Positions 1 through 9,734 of a stretch of 64,000 nucleotides of DNA are shown piece after piece (position 1 is the stretch's first letter; every line of letters starts with the position of its first letter). This stretch comes from Gammaproteobacteria bacterium. GTDB taxonomy: Bacteria > Pseudomonadota > Gammaproteobacteria > UBA4575. The position numbers were made by a program, and so were the translations under genes. The stretch lies in contig CBDCTA010000029.1 of NCBI GenBank assembly GCA_965221955.1, positions 480,001 to 544,000 of the forward strand. The letters run 5' to 3'. Under the pieces are notes generated by a model. That model made no database searches and was not told the DNA's origin. It saw nothing but the letters and a program-made list of their open reading frames with translations.

Positions 1-430
1 CCGAAATAGTAAGCACGCTGAATGCGAATAGTGAAAACACGATATGTAACTGCAATCCGCGTAGATTAGATGCGGCAACTGAAATTTCGGGTCTGATTAT
101 CGTCAATGCAATTCCTGCGATAACAATCGGGAATAAAAACAAGCCTAAATACTCATGTTTTTTGGTTATGGACAAAACTAGAACGAGTGCAGAAATGATA
201 AACAGTACTAAAGAAACAGCGTTATAGAATGTAAGGTTTAATCCTTGGGGTGTAAAGGTTTGTGGGTATAGGTGTAATGCATGTGTGAGGCATGCAATTC
301 CCCAAAGTGTCAGCATCAAACCACGTTTGTCATTACTTTGACTGTCTGGAACACGATGACAACGCCATAGCAGCACAAAAAAAGTAAGTGCATAAAGCAG
401 TATTGTGCTGTATTTCAGTATGCTTGACAT
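1..430 (-). CDS. ypjD: Cytochrome c assembly (CcsA/YpjD-like) inner-membrane protein, truncated by window edge
   Basis: Hand translation from ATG at 430 (MSSILKYSTILLYALTFFVLLW...GLNLTFYNAVSL...LHIVFSLFAFSVLTIS) is open to the edge and very hydrophobic; divergent from ffh as ypjD usually is. Confidence 0.8.
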   Translation of the reverse strand, partial: MSSILKYSTILLYALTFFVLLWRCHRVPDSQSNDKRGLMLTLWGIACLTHALHLYPQTFTPQGLNLTFYNAVSLVLFIISALVLVLSITKKHEYLGLFLFPIVIAGIALTIIRPEISVAASNLRGLQLHIVFSLFAFSVLTIS

Positions 431-468
431 TTGCAAACAAAAATTTTGCTATGGCTTCTTATATTGAA

Positions 469-484
469 TGAGAGTGTTGTCACA
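469..484. promoter_or_regulatory. CRP/Vfr-like box TGAGA-N6-TCACA
   Basis: One mismatch to TGTGA-N6-TCACA, between ypjD and the cyclic-nucleotide phosphodiesterase. Confidence 0.55.
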
Positions 485-626
485 AGAAATTAATAACTAC
501 GTGATAAACATCTTTAGTTATAAGCCATTTTCTCAGACAATTGCATTTAAATGAATTGAGAAAGGCTAGACATTTCTGCACTGTTGGCAATGATAGCATT
601 ATTCAGATTCTGAATGATTAATAACC

Positions 627-1394
627 ATGAATATACGTATCCTCGGCTGTAGTGGAGGCATTGGTTTAGGCCATAAGACCACCTCATTACTATTAGATGA
701 TTCTGTGCTGATAGATTGTGGCACAGGACTTGGTGAGCTATCGCTTGATGAAATGTCTAAGTTGCAGCATGTATTCATTACACACAGTCATCTCGACCAC
801 ATTGCCTTATTGCCGATGCTGTTGGACACTGCATATGAACACCTTGTCGACCATCCGCTTACACTGCACTGTAAGCAGGAAACTTATGATGTGTTAGCGA
901 AGAATATCTTTAACTGGGATGTATGGCCGAATTTTTTTGAGTTGCCAAATAAAGACACTCCGGTAATTGTGTATGAATCCATGCAGCCAGGTGATTGTAT
1001 TGAGTTTGGCGATAAAATCGTGAAGATGGTTGAAGTGAATCATGCAGTGCCGGCTGCGGCTTATATCATCAATAATGGCACAGGTAGCATCGCGTTTAGT
1101 GGCGATACATATATCAATGACACTTTTTGGCAAGCGTTGAATGAAGAACCGCGTATGGATATGGTAGTCATTGAGTGCGGGTTTACAAATGAAGAAGAAC
1201 ATATTGGCCGCGACGCAAAACATTATTATCCTAATGCATTGGCAGAAGACTTAAAAAAATTAAATCATCGACCCGATCTTTATATTACCCACCTACAGCC
1301 AGGTAGAGAAGAAAAGATTATCGAACAGCTTAATTCTGCTATTACAGATTTTAAAATCTACCAACTCTCCAGTGGCCAAATAATTTCGATCTAA
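627..1394 (+). CDS. MBL-fold 3',5'-cyclic nucleotide phosphodiesterase (class II-like)
   Basis: N-terminal LGCSGGIG, THSHLDH metal motif, FNWDVWPNF, FSGDT, ITHL. Confidence 0.8.
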   Translation: MNIRILGCSGGIGLGHKTTSLLLDDSVLIDCGTGLGELSLDEMSKLQHVFITHSHLDHIALLPMLLDTAYEHLVDHPLTLHCKQETYDVLAKNIFNWDVWPNFFELPNKDTPVIVYESMQPGDCIEFGDKIVKMVEVNHAVPAAAYIINNGTGSIAFSGDTYINDTFWQALNEEPRMDMVVIECGFTNEEEHIGRDAKHYYPNALAEDLKKLNHRPDLYITHLQPGREEKIIEQLNSAITDFKIYQLSSGQIISI

Positions 1395-1451
1395 TTTCGT
1401 TATAATCCGCTCCACTTTTTAATTCTGCTCCAGGTTAGGGGCGCATAATCT

Positions 1452-2810
1452 ATGTTTGATAATTTATCCTCCCGTTTAGCGGGTACTGTGCAAAAGTTGC
1501 GCGGTCAAGCACGCTTAAGCGAAGACAATATTCAAGAGACCTTACGTGAAGTGCGCATGGCTTTATTAGAGGCCGACGTTGCACTACCAGTGGTTAAAGA
1601 CTTTATTGCAAGTGTTAAAGAAAAAGCGCTCGGGCAAGAAGTACTGACAAGTCTGTCTCCTGGGCAAGCGCTGATTAAAATTGTCAATGATGAGCTCGTG
1701 CATCTCATGGGTGATGCGAATGAGACACTTAGCTTATCCGCTCAACCCCCTGTTGTTATTTTAATTGCAGGTTTGCAGGGTGCAGGTAAAACCACAAGCA
1801 TCGGCAAACTCTCTAGATTTCTAACTGAAAAACAAAAGAAAAGTGTCGCGGTAGTCAGCTGCGACGTCTATCGACCTGCAGCGATACAGCAGCTACAAAC
1901 CTTGGCAAATGAAGTAGGGGTAGAGTTTGTGCCAAGTGACACTAGCCAAGCCCCCATTGATATTGCTAATCGAGCGGTTGAGCATGCGAAAACACAATTT
2001 AAAGATGTGCTCATCATTGATACTGCGGGACGTTTGCATGTTGATGAAGAAATGATGCAGGAAATTATTTCTTTGCATCAGGCAGTGCAGCCGACAGAGA
2101 CTTTATTTGTTGTCGATAGTATGAGCGGTCAAGATGCTGCAAATTCTGCTCAAGCATTTAATAACGCTTTGCCATTAACCGGCGTCATTCTGACAAAAAC
2201 CGATGGTGATGCGCGTGGTGGTGCAGCGCTTTCCGTTCGACACATTACCGGTAAGCCGATTAAATTTTTAGGTATAGGCGAAAAAACCACTGCACTTGAA
2301 CCTTTCCATCCTGATCGTGTGGCCTCACGCATTTTAGGTATGGGTGATGTGGTGAGTTTGGTTGAGGAAGTAGAACAAAAAGTTGATAAAGATAAAGCGC
2401 AAAAACTTGCCAAGAAAATTAAAAAAGGTAAGAGCTTTAATATGGTTGATCTTAAAAGTCAGTTAGAGCAGATGATGAATATGGGTGGCTTGGCAGGAAT
2501 TATGGATAAAATTCCAGGAGCCGCAGGGATGCCTAAAAATGTTCCGGGTATGGGAGATGACAAAGCGATTCATCAGATGATCGCGATTATAAATTCCATG
2601 ACACCTCATGAGCGGCGTTTTCCAGATGTAATTAAAAATACACGTAAACGACGCATTGCGGCGGGATCGGGTACTCAAGTGCAGGATGTGAATCGCCTTC
2701 TTAAACAGCACCTTCAAATGAAGAAAATGATGAAGAAGATGTCTAAGAAAGGTGGCATGCAGCGCATGATGCAAGGTTTGAAGGGAGGCCTACCACCGGG
2801 TCTTCAATAA
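1452..2810 (+). CDS. ffh: Signal recognition particle protein Ffh
   Basis: GLQGAGKTT, DTAGR, TKTDGDARGG, Met-rich M domain. Confidence 0.99.
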   Translation: MFDNLSSRLAGTVQKLRGQARLSEDNIQETLREVRMALLEADVALPVVKDFIASVKEKALGQEVLTSLSPGQALIKIVNDELVHLMGDANETLSLSAQPPVVILIAGLQGAGKTTSIGKLSRFLTEKQKKSVAVVSCDVYRPAAIQQLQTLANEVGVEFVPSDTSQAPIDIANRAVEHAKTQFKDVLIIDTAGRLHVDEEMMQEIISLHQAVQPTETLFVVDSMSGQDAANSAQAFNNALPLTGVILTKTDGDARGGAALSVRHITGKPIKFLGIGEKTTALEPFHPDRVASRILGMGDVVSLVEEVEQKVDKDKAQKLAKKIKKGKSFNMVDLKSQLEQMMNMGGLAGIMDKIPGAAGMPKNVPGMGDDKAIHQMIAIINSMTPHERRFPDVIKNTRKRRIAAGSGTQVQDVNRLLKQHLQMKKMMKKMSKKGGMQRMMQGLKGGLPPGLQ

Positions 2811-2958
2811 GTGTGTTATTTAGGTCTATACCAATAGCGCTACACCAGGCTTTCAATGAGCGCATTACTTTAAGTCTATACAGTTCCCTACCGCCGGGGC
2901 TTCAATAAGTACGTTATTTAGGTCTATACCAATTACGCTACCACCAGGATTACGCTAG
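2790..2958 (+). repeat. Imperfect ~49-bp tandem repeat (3.4 units) that begins with the last 7 codons of ffh
   Basis: Units start at 2790, 2840, 2888 and 2938; each begins CTA(C)CRCCRGG and the full units share GTCTATAC. Confidence 0.9.
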
Positions 2959-3085
2959 ACAGTTAAAATTTTCAATTCATATCCCTTAATCCCCCTGTTC
3001 AAACACCTGATCTAACTTTATTTTCAGGCAAATTTGCGTACAATGCCCAGCTCGATTTATCGGCATTAACTCAATACAGAATTCT

Positions 3086-3338
3086 ATGGTCACAATTCGA
3101 TTAGCCAGAGGCGGAGCTAAAAAACGTCCTTTCTACCACATCGTTGTTACGGATTCTCGTAAACGCCGTGATAGTAGCTATATTGAGCGTATTGGCTTTT
3201 TCAATCCAAGCGCAAAAGGCCAGGAAGTAAGGCTGAATATTGAGATGGAGCGTTTTGAGCATTGGTGTGGACATGGTGCGCAACCCTCTGACCGTGTAGC
3301 ATCATTGGTCAAAACAGCATCAAAAGCAAGCTGCTTAA
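3086..3338 (+). CDS. rpsP: 30S ribosomal protein S16 (probable +1 A indel near 3311-3314; the as-written ORF runs to 3442)
   Basis: [17 protein letters not shown]...GAQPSDRV; removing one A gives a normal end [11 protein letters not shown] before rimM. Confidence 0.93.
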
Positions 3339-3363
3339 ATAAGCTAAATTCTCTTGCCCAAGC

Positions 3364-3891
3364 TTGGGCCAAATCTTGGTTCAAGATTCACACATTCAAG
3401 TTGGCCATATCCAAGGTGTCTTTGGCATCAAAGGTTGGTTAAAGATCTTTTCTCACTGTCGTCCAAAAGAACAAATTCTTGATTACATAAATTGGGATTT
3501 GCACATGCCACAAGGTGTGCAAACGCATGAGTTACAAGAAGGTAAATGTCATGGAAACGGCATTATCGCCAAGCTGAAAAATGTAGACGATCGTACTCAT
3601 GCTGAAACACTTAAAGGTGCAGAGATATGGGTAGCAAAAGCAGAATTATCCGTACTAGCTGAAGATGAATATTATTGGTTTGAGTTAAAAGGTTTAAAAG
3701 TTGAGAATCTTGAAGGAGAAGCGCTAGGACAAGTGACAAAGTTAATGGAGACCGGCGCTAATGATGTCCTAGTTGTTATGGATGAATTAGATAAACAAGA
3801 GATTCTTATCCCTTATATTAAAGAGCAAGTGATTAAGCGAGTAGACTTAGAAGAAAAAACGATCATTGTGGATTGGCAAAAAGACTATTAG
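3364..3891 (+). CDS. rimM: Ribosome maturation factor RimM
   Basis: [31 protein letters not shown]; operon position. Confidence 0.97.
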   Translation: MGQILVQDSHIQVGHIQGVFGIKGWLKIFSHCRPKEQILDYINWDLHMPQGVQTHELQEGKCHGNGIIAKLKNVDDRTHAETLKGAEIWVAKAELSVLAEDEYYWFELKGLKVENLEGEALGQVTKLMETGANDVLVVMDELDKQEILIPYIKEQVIKRVDLEEKTIIVDWQKDY

Positions 3892-3894
3892 CAC

Positions 3895-4632
3895 ATGAAT
3901 TTTACAGTCATCACATTATTCCCTGAAATGGTGCTGAACTTGTCAAAGTTTGGAGTTGTTGGGCGTGCATTAGAAAGTAATTTAGCCAGTTTGGGAGTGT
4001 TAAATCCAAGAGATTTTTCTGATGATCCAAATCGTCGCGTGGATGACCGTCCCTATGGGGGTGGTCCTGGGATGGTGATGCAATTTGAGCCATTACAAAA
4101 AACCATACATAAAGCACGAGAACAGGCAGAGCAATCTCGGGTGATTTATTTATCCGCGCAGGGTAATCCGTTGAAGCATGCCGATGTAACTCGATTGAGT
4201 ACTTATGAGAATTTGATCTTGCTTACAGGGCGCTATGAGGGGATTGACGAGAGAATTATTGAAGTAGAGGTGGATGAGGAGATATCAATAGGAGATATCG
4301 TCGTCAGTGGCGGGGAATTGCCTGCTATGCTAATGATCGATGCACTAATCCGCCATATACCGGGTGCTCTGGGCCATGATGAGTCTGCGCATCAAGATTC
4401 ATTTGTTGACGGACTACTCGATTGCCCGCATTATACGCGGCCGGAAAGTATCCAGGATCTGAGTGTGCCAAAGGTATTGCTTGGGGGTGATCATCAAGCT
4501 ATACAGAAATGGCGTGAAAAACAATCACTTGGACGCACTTTTCAGCGTAGGCCAGAGTTATTAGACCAGCTCGATCTCAGTGATGAGCAAAAGGCCTTGC
4601 TAGAGGAATATATACAAGAGCAGCAAAATTAA
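3895..4632 (+). CDS. trmD: tRNA (guanine37-N1)-methyltransferase
   Basis: [28 protein letters not shown]. Confidence 0.99.
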   Translation: MNFTVITLFPEMVLNLSKFGVVGRALESNLASLGVLNPRDFSDDPNRRVDDRPYGGGPGMVMQFEPLQKTIHKAREQAEQSRVIYLSAQGNPLKHADVTRLSTYENLILLTGRYEGIDERIIEVEVDEEISIGDIVVSGGELPAMLMIDALIRHIPGALGHDESAHQDSFVDGLLDCPHYTRPESIQDLSVPKVLLGGDHQAIQKWREKQSLGRTFQRRPELLDQLDLSDEQKALLEEYIQEQQN

Positions 4633-4646
4633 AGTACGTTACAAAT

Positions 4647-4991
4647 ATGTCAAATATTATCCAAGAAATTAATCAGCAACAGCTCAAGCAAGATCTGCCA
4701 GATTTCAGTCCTGGTGATACTGTGGTTGTACAAGTAAAAGTTAAAGAAGGTAACCGTGAGCGATTACAAGCCTTTGAAGGTGTTGTGATTGGCAAGCGCA
4801 ATCGTGGCTTGAATTCAGCCTTTACTGTGAGAAAGCTTTCCCATGGAGAAGGTGTGGAAAGAGTGTTCCAAACTCACAGCCCATTAATTGACAACATTAA
4901 AGTGAAACGTAAAGGTGATGTTCGTCGTGCCAAGCTTTACTACTTACGTGGGCGAACTGGAAAGGCAGCAAGAATCAAAGAAAAAATATAA
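4647..4991 (+). CDS. rplS: 50S ribosomal protein L19
   Basis: [22 protein letters not shown]. Confidence 0.99.
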   Translation: MSNIIQEINQQQLKQDLPDFSPGDTVVVQVKVKEGNRERLQAFEGVVIGKRNRGLNSAFTVRKLSHGEGVERVFQTHSPLIDNIKVKRKGDVRRAKLYYLRGRTGKAARIKEKI

Positions 4992-5014
4992 ATTTAATAT
5001 TACATCTTCTTTCC

Positions 5015-5047
5015 AAAACGCCTCGATTTATCGAGGCGTTTTTATTT
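5015..5047 (+). terminator. Rho-independent terminator
   Basis: AAAACGCCTCGAT-TT-ATCGAGGCGTTTT inverted repeat followed by a T run after rplS. Confidence 0.85.
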
Positions 5048-5077
5048 CGGCTGTGACTAAAAGAGTTACAATTCGCT

Positions 5078-5542
5078 ATGGCTCAAATTATTATTAAAAC
5101 ACCTATCGGCAAAATAGCGGTGGACTACGAAAATGACTTTGTCACTGAAGTGCAACAGGTCGCACCTCAAACACGCGCAGTATCTAACAAAGATCCATTT
5201 GCCATAGAGATACAAAAACAGTTTGAGGATTATTTTTCTGGGAAATTGCAAGAGTTTGATTTGCCATTTTTATTCAAACACGGAACGGATTATCAACTAA
5301 AAGTTTGGGATCAGATTAGAAAAATTTCATTCGGTAAAACCAAAACGTATGGAGAGATTGCAAAGAAAATAAAATCAGGGCCACGTGCAGTAGGTAATGC
5401 ATGTCGGCGTAATCAGTTATTGTTGCTTGTTCCTTGTCATCGTGTGGTTAGTGCTACGGGATTGGGCGGATTTATGGGAGATGCAGACGGAAGTTTAGTG
5501 CGAAGAAAGCAATGGTTATTGGAGCATGAGCAAGTTTCTTAG
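5078..5542 (+). CDS. ogt: Methylated-DNA-protein-cysteine methyltransferase
   Basis: TYGEIA, RAVGNAC, PCHRVV active site. Confidence 0.93.
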   Translation: MAQIIIKTPIGKIAVDYENDFVTEVQQVAPQTRAVSNKDPFAIEIQKQFEDYFSGKLQEFDLPFLFKHGTDYQLKVWDQIRKISFGKTKTYGEIAKKIKSGPRAVGNACRRNQLLLLVPCHRVVSATGLGGFMGDADGSLVRRKQWLLEHEQVS

Positions 5543-5551
5543 TATCGAAGA

Positions 5552-5596
5552 ATGTTAAAAGTACATTATCTTATGCATGAGTCGTTTTGGCGGTAA
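5552..5596 (+). pseudogene. Stub resembling the N-terminus of the downstream glutamine amidotransferase
   Basis: MLKVHYLMHESFWR* versus MHVHYLKHVTFE. Confidence 0.6.
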
Positions 5597-5602
5597 GTAA
5601 AA

Positions 5603-6305
5603 ATGCATGTTCATTATCTTAAACACGTCACTTTTGAAGGACTTGGGTTCTATGGAGAACATCTTTGTGGAGCGAGGTTGTACATTATCGCGCACATGTA
5701 TGTATGAAGACCAATCGTTACCTTCCATTCATGATATCGATGCATTAGTTGTAATGGGCGGGCCAATGGGAGTGCATGATGATGATAGTTATCCTTGGCT
5801 TACGTTAGAGAAAGAGTTTATCGAATCTGTAATCAAGCTTGATATTCCAGTGCTGGGAGTTTGTTTAGGTGCACAGCTGATTGCCAATGTGCTGGGTGCT
5901 GAGGTGACTAAAAATGTACATGAAGAAATCGGTTGGTTTCCAGTGAGTTTTGTTAAGGAAATGGAAGGTGATAGGGTCAATGTGCTGCCTAACAAATTTG
6001 ATGCACTGCATTGGCATGGCGATACCTTTGCTATTCCAACGGGAGGAAGCCATTTTCTCGCCAGTGAAGGGTGTGCACACCAAGGTTTTGTATATGGGCA
6101 TGCCACCTTGGCGTTACAGTTTCATCTGGAAATGTTGCCGAGTAACGTAGAGGCCATTTATCACGAATGCGGAAACCCAAAAAAAACAGGTACTTATATA
6201 CAGAGTTTGGATGAAATGCTTGCTCCAGCAGAAAATTTTCAACACGCCTATAAAGTACTAGAAAATGTGCTAGAGGCCTTTGTTTTTCAAAAAGTGGCCC
6301 AATAA
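5603..6305 (+). CDS. Type 1 glutamine amidotransferase (GMP-synthase-like); probable +1 G indel at 5645-5647
   Basis: MGGPMGV, GVCLGAQL, QFHLE triad; the family-typical start MHVHYLKHVTFEGLG at 5603 is one base out of frame. Confidence 0.88.
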
Positions 6306-6335
6306 TTATCAACTAGTCATCCTTGGAGGATCGAA

Positions 6336-6539
6336 ATGGAAGACAACAGTAGAAAAGACATCAGAGCCTTGCTCAAGACATTTGGGGTAAAAGCGGATGA
6401 AGCTATTGTGGGGCATTTGGCAAAACATCCCGATGTCAAGCAACTGCGCTTAAAGATAACGCTAGAAGATGAAACGGACTATGCAAACAATGCTGTCGAG
6501 CCGATTACATTAGTGATTGAAGGTAATATTAATCGCTAA
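6336..6539 (+). CDS. Small hypothetical protein (67 aa)
   Basis: GGAGG RBS; ORF fills the gap before htpG. Confidence 0.75.
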   Translation: MEDNSRKDIRALLKTFGVKADEAIVGHLAKHPDVKQLRLKITLEDETDYANNAVEPITLVIEGNINR

Positions 6540-6576
6540 TTTTTTATTAACTATATAGAAATTGATATTAAGAGAA

Positions 6577-8484
6577 ATGAGCACTGAGACCGATAAAACC
6601 GCACATAAAAAAGAAACATTGCAATTTGAAACAGAAGTAGCACAACTTCTGCATTTAATGATTCATTCTTTATATTCGAATAAAGAAATATTTTTGCGTG
6701 AACTAATCTCAAATGCATCCGACGCCTGTGACAAGTTGCGTTTTGAAGCCGTGTCGGATGATTCCTTACTAAGCGATGATGCAGAATTAAAAATTCAAGT
6801 CGAATTTGATAAAGATGAAAAGACAATAACGATTCGTGACAACGGCATCGGTATGAATCGTGAGGAAGTGGTGAATAATATTGGCACCATTGCTAAGTCT
6901 GGAACCAAAGAATTCTTATCACAGCTTACGGGCGATCAAAGTAAAGATTCTCATTTGATTGGTCAGTTTGGTGTTGGCTTTTACTCCGCGTTTATTGTTG
7001 CAGATAAGGTCACCTTGAAAACGCGTCGTGCAGGTTTGGATAAAGCACAAGGTGTGCAGTGGGAATCAGAAGGGACAGGCTCTTATACATTAGAAGAAAT
7101 TGAAAAAGACAAGCGTGGCACGGAAGTGATTTTGCATCTTAAAAAAGATGAAGAGGACTTGCTCAATGGTTGGCGTCTACGTTCCATAATTACGAAATAT
7201 TCTGATCACGTACCTTTACCTATCGAAATGCGTGAAGAAAATGAGAAAGGTGAAATCACTGCGAAGTGGGAAACAATTAATAAGGCATCTGCCTTATGGG
7301 CAAGACCAAAAACTGAAATTACAGACGATGAATATAAAGAATTTTATAAACATGTCGGCCATGATTTTGCTGACCCACTGCTGTGGACGCATAATCGAGT
7401 GGAAGGTAAAACCGAATATACGTCTTTATTATATATCCCGTCTCAAGCACCTTTTGATTTATTCGATCAGAACCCTAAACACGGAGTAAAACTTTATGTG
7501 CAACGTGTTTTCATCATGGATGATGCGGAAAAATTATTGCCTCGATATCTGAGATTTGTTCGAGGCGTAATTGATTCAAATGATTTACCTCTTAATATTT
7601 CGCGAGAAATCTTGCAGAGCAATAAAGTCATCGACAACATCCGCTCAGGGTCTGTTAAGAAAGTGTTAGGGCTATTAGAGAAGCTTGCAAAGAATGAAAC
7701 TGATAAATATCAAGAATTCTGGAATGTATTTGGCAAAGTCTTGAAAGAAGGTCCCGGAGAAGACTTTGCAAACAAAGAAAATATTGCAAAGTTACTGCGC
7801 TTTGCGTCCACTCACAAAGATGGTGATGCACAAAATGTATCTTTAGATGATTACATTTCACGCATGAAGCCTGAGCAGGAAAAAATTTACTACATCACTG
7901 CGGATAACTACGCTGCAGCAAAGAACAGTCCGCACTTGGAAATTTTTAAAGATAAAGGTATCGAAGTGTTATTGCTGTTTGATCGTGTGGATGAATGGTT
8001 GATGAGTCACCTTGCTGAATACGAAGAAAAATCCTTTGCTTCAGTGGCAAAAGGCGAGCTTGATCTTGATAAGCTGAGTAGTGAAGAAGATAAAGAAGAA
8101 CGTAAAAAAGCTGAAAAAGAAGCCAAAGGTCTAATTAAGCGCATCAAGAAAGTTCTGGATGAAAAAGTAGAAGATGTGCGTGTATCACACCGTCTAACCA
8201 GTTCTCCTGCTTGCATTGTATTAAGTGAGCAGGATATGGCGTTATATATGCAGCATCTGATGAAACAAGCGGGTCATGATATGCCATCTACGAAACCCGT
8301 TTTAGAAATAAACCCTACTCATGCGTTAGTACAGCGAATGGAGAATGAGCAAGCAGAAGATCGCTTTGAAGACTGGGCGAATATCTTGTTTGATCAAGCC
8401 ATTCTTGCAGAAGGTGGGCAGCTTGAAGATCCTGCTTCATTTGTTAATCGACTCAATCAAATGATTAACGAAATTGCCAAATAA
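6577..8484 (+). CDS. htpG: Chaperone HtpG (Hsp90)
   Basis: [36 protein letters not shown]; ATG at 6577 preferred. Confidence 0.99.
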   Translation: MSTETDKTAHKKETLQFETEVAQLLHLMIHSLYSNKEIFLRELISNASDACDKLRFEAVSDDSLLSDDAELKIQVEFDKDEKTITIRDNGIGMNREEVVNNIGTIAKSGTKEFLSQLTGDQSKDSHLIGQFGVGFYSAFIVADKVTLKTRRAGLDKAQGVQWESEGTGSYTLEEIEKDKRGTEVILHLKKDEEDLLNGWRLRSIITKYSDHVPLPIEMREENEKGEITAKWETINKASALWARPKTEITDDEYKEFYKHVGHDFADPLLWTHNRVEGKTEYTSLLYIPSQAPFDLFDQNPKHGVKLYVQRVFIMDDAEKLLPRYLRFVRGVIDSNDLPLNISREILQSNKVIDNIRSGSVKKVLGLLEKLAKNETDKYQEFWNVFGKVLKEGPGEDFANKENIAKLLRFASTHKDGDAQNVSLDDYISRMKPEQEKIYYITADNYAAAKNSPHLEIFKDKGIEVLLLFDRVDEWLMSHLAEYEEKSFASVAKGELDLDKLSSEEDKEERKKAEKEAKGLIKRIKKVLDEKVEDVRVSHRLTSSPACIVLSEQDMALYMQHLMKQAGHDMPSTKPVLEINPTHALVQRMENEQAEDRFEDWANILFDQAILAEGGQLEDPASFVNRLNQMINEIAK

Positions 8485-8539
8485 AGACAAACAATTCTGG
8501 ATAACCAAAGCACTCGCTAAGATGTCTCAAGAAGAATAG
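8474..8539 (+). pseudogene. Stub resembling the N-terminus of downstream ycgN
   Basis: TTG-started [21 protein letters not shown] versus SKFWETKSLKEMSKSEW. Confidence 0.7.
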
Positions 8540-8604
8540 GTGAGACAGGGCTGTGTGAATAAGAGTTGCAACATGGGTGTTGCATCAAATTCGAGTTAAT
8601 CATA

Positions 8605-9042
8605 GTGAAACAATCAAGTAAATTTTGGGAAACCAAATCTCTTAAAGAGATGAGTAAGAGTGAATGGGAGTCCTTATGCGATGGGTGTGGAAAATGTTGT
8701 TTAATCAAACTAGAAGATGCGGATACAAAAGAGTTGTTTTATACCGATGTAGCTTGTCATCTTTTGGATCATAAAACTTGCCAATGTAAAGACTATTCCA
8801 ACCGTAAAAAATTAGTTGATGATTGTTTGCAATTAGAAGTGGATGATGTAGAAGATTTTAAATGGCTGCCAAAAACCTGTGCCTATCGGCTAGTGTATGA
8901 AGACAAAGATCTTCCAGATTGGCATTATTTAGTTTCTGGGGATAAAAAAATGGTGCATAAGAAAAAGATGTCTGTACAAAATCGTATAGTCAGTGAAACC
9001 GAAGTGATGGAAGTGGCCGAACACATTGTGCATTGGGTTTGA
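8605..9042 (+). CDS. ycgN: YcgN/UPF0260 cysteine-cluster protein
   Basis: EWESLCDGCGKCC, WLPKTCAYR, WHYLVSG; GTG start at 8605 preferred. Confidence 0.92.
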   Translation: MKQSSKFWETKSLKEMSKSEWESLCDGCGKCCLIKLEDADTKELFYTDVACHLLDHKTCQCKDYSNRKKLVDDCLQLEVDDVEDFKWLPKTCAYRLVYEDKDLPDWHYLVSGDKKMVHKKKMSVQNRIVSETEVMEVAEHIVHWV

Positions 9043-9152
9043 GAGCATGGTTGTCTTATAGAATATCCGTCAAAAATGATGCAACTATATTGATGAAATG
9101 AGCTCTTATGTATATATAAATACTATTTGAAAAAAACTAATAGAGTAAACGT

Positions 9153-9689
9153 ATGAAAATTAAAACGGCAATAATATTTTTAGTATTCCTACATCTATCA
9201 TTAATGTCTTCCCTGTTGGCCGAAAGTGCTGGTGAACATATTGATGATGCTACAATTGCATCTAAGACCAAGACTGCACTCATCAGTGATAAAACGGTTA
9301 AAGCAAGAAAGATTAATGTTGAGGTTTCAAAAGGGGTTTTACAGCTTTCTGGATTTGTCGATAGTGAAACCGAAGAGTCAACTGCTATAAATATTGCAAA
9401 CGGAGTGGCAGGTGTTAAAAAAGTCTTGGATGCGCTTATTGTTTCTCCTGGTTCGAGAAGTGCTGGTGAAGTTTTGGACGATACAACTATTTCTACAAAG
9501 TTAAAAGCAAAGCTCACTGCTAACACAGGCTTGGGTGATGCAACTGCAATAACAACTGAAGTAAAGCATAAACAAATTATACTTGCTGGGTTCGTTGGTT
9601 CTGAGAGCGTTAGAAATGAAGCAGTAGAAATTGCAAGAAATATAAAAGGTGTTAAAAAAGTTTATAACTTGATTGCAATTAAAGAATGA
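9153..9689 (+). CDS. OsmY-like dual BON-domain periplasmic protein
   Basis: Signal peptide and two DDxxI...LxGFV...GVKKV repeats. Confidence 0.9.
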   Translation: MKIKTAIIFLVFLHLSLMSSLLAESAGEHIDDATIASKTKTALISDKTVKARKINVEVSKGVLQLSGFVDSETEESTAINIANGVAGVKKVLDALIVSPGSRSAGEVLDDTTISTKLKAKLTANTGLGDATAITTEVKHKQIILAGFVGSESVRNEAVEIARNIKGVKKVYNLIAIKE

Positions 9690-9734
9690 GAATTTAAATA
9701 TAGTGCTGGTCTAACTTATATTCAAAGAATACGT

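Noticed and set aside
2790-2958. ffh-downstream repeats as a mini-CRISPR
   Set aside because: Units are similar along their whole length, with no unique spacers, and derive from coding sequence
3086-3442. Programmed frameshifting or a genuinely extended S16
   Set aside because: No slippery heptamer or stimulatory structure seen; a second homopolymer indel at 5645 points to sequencing error
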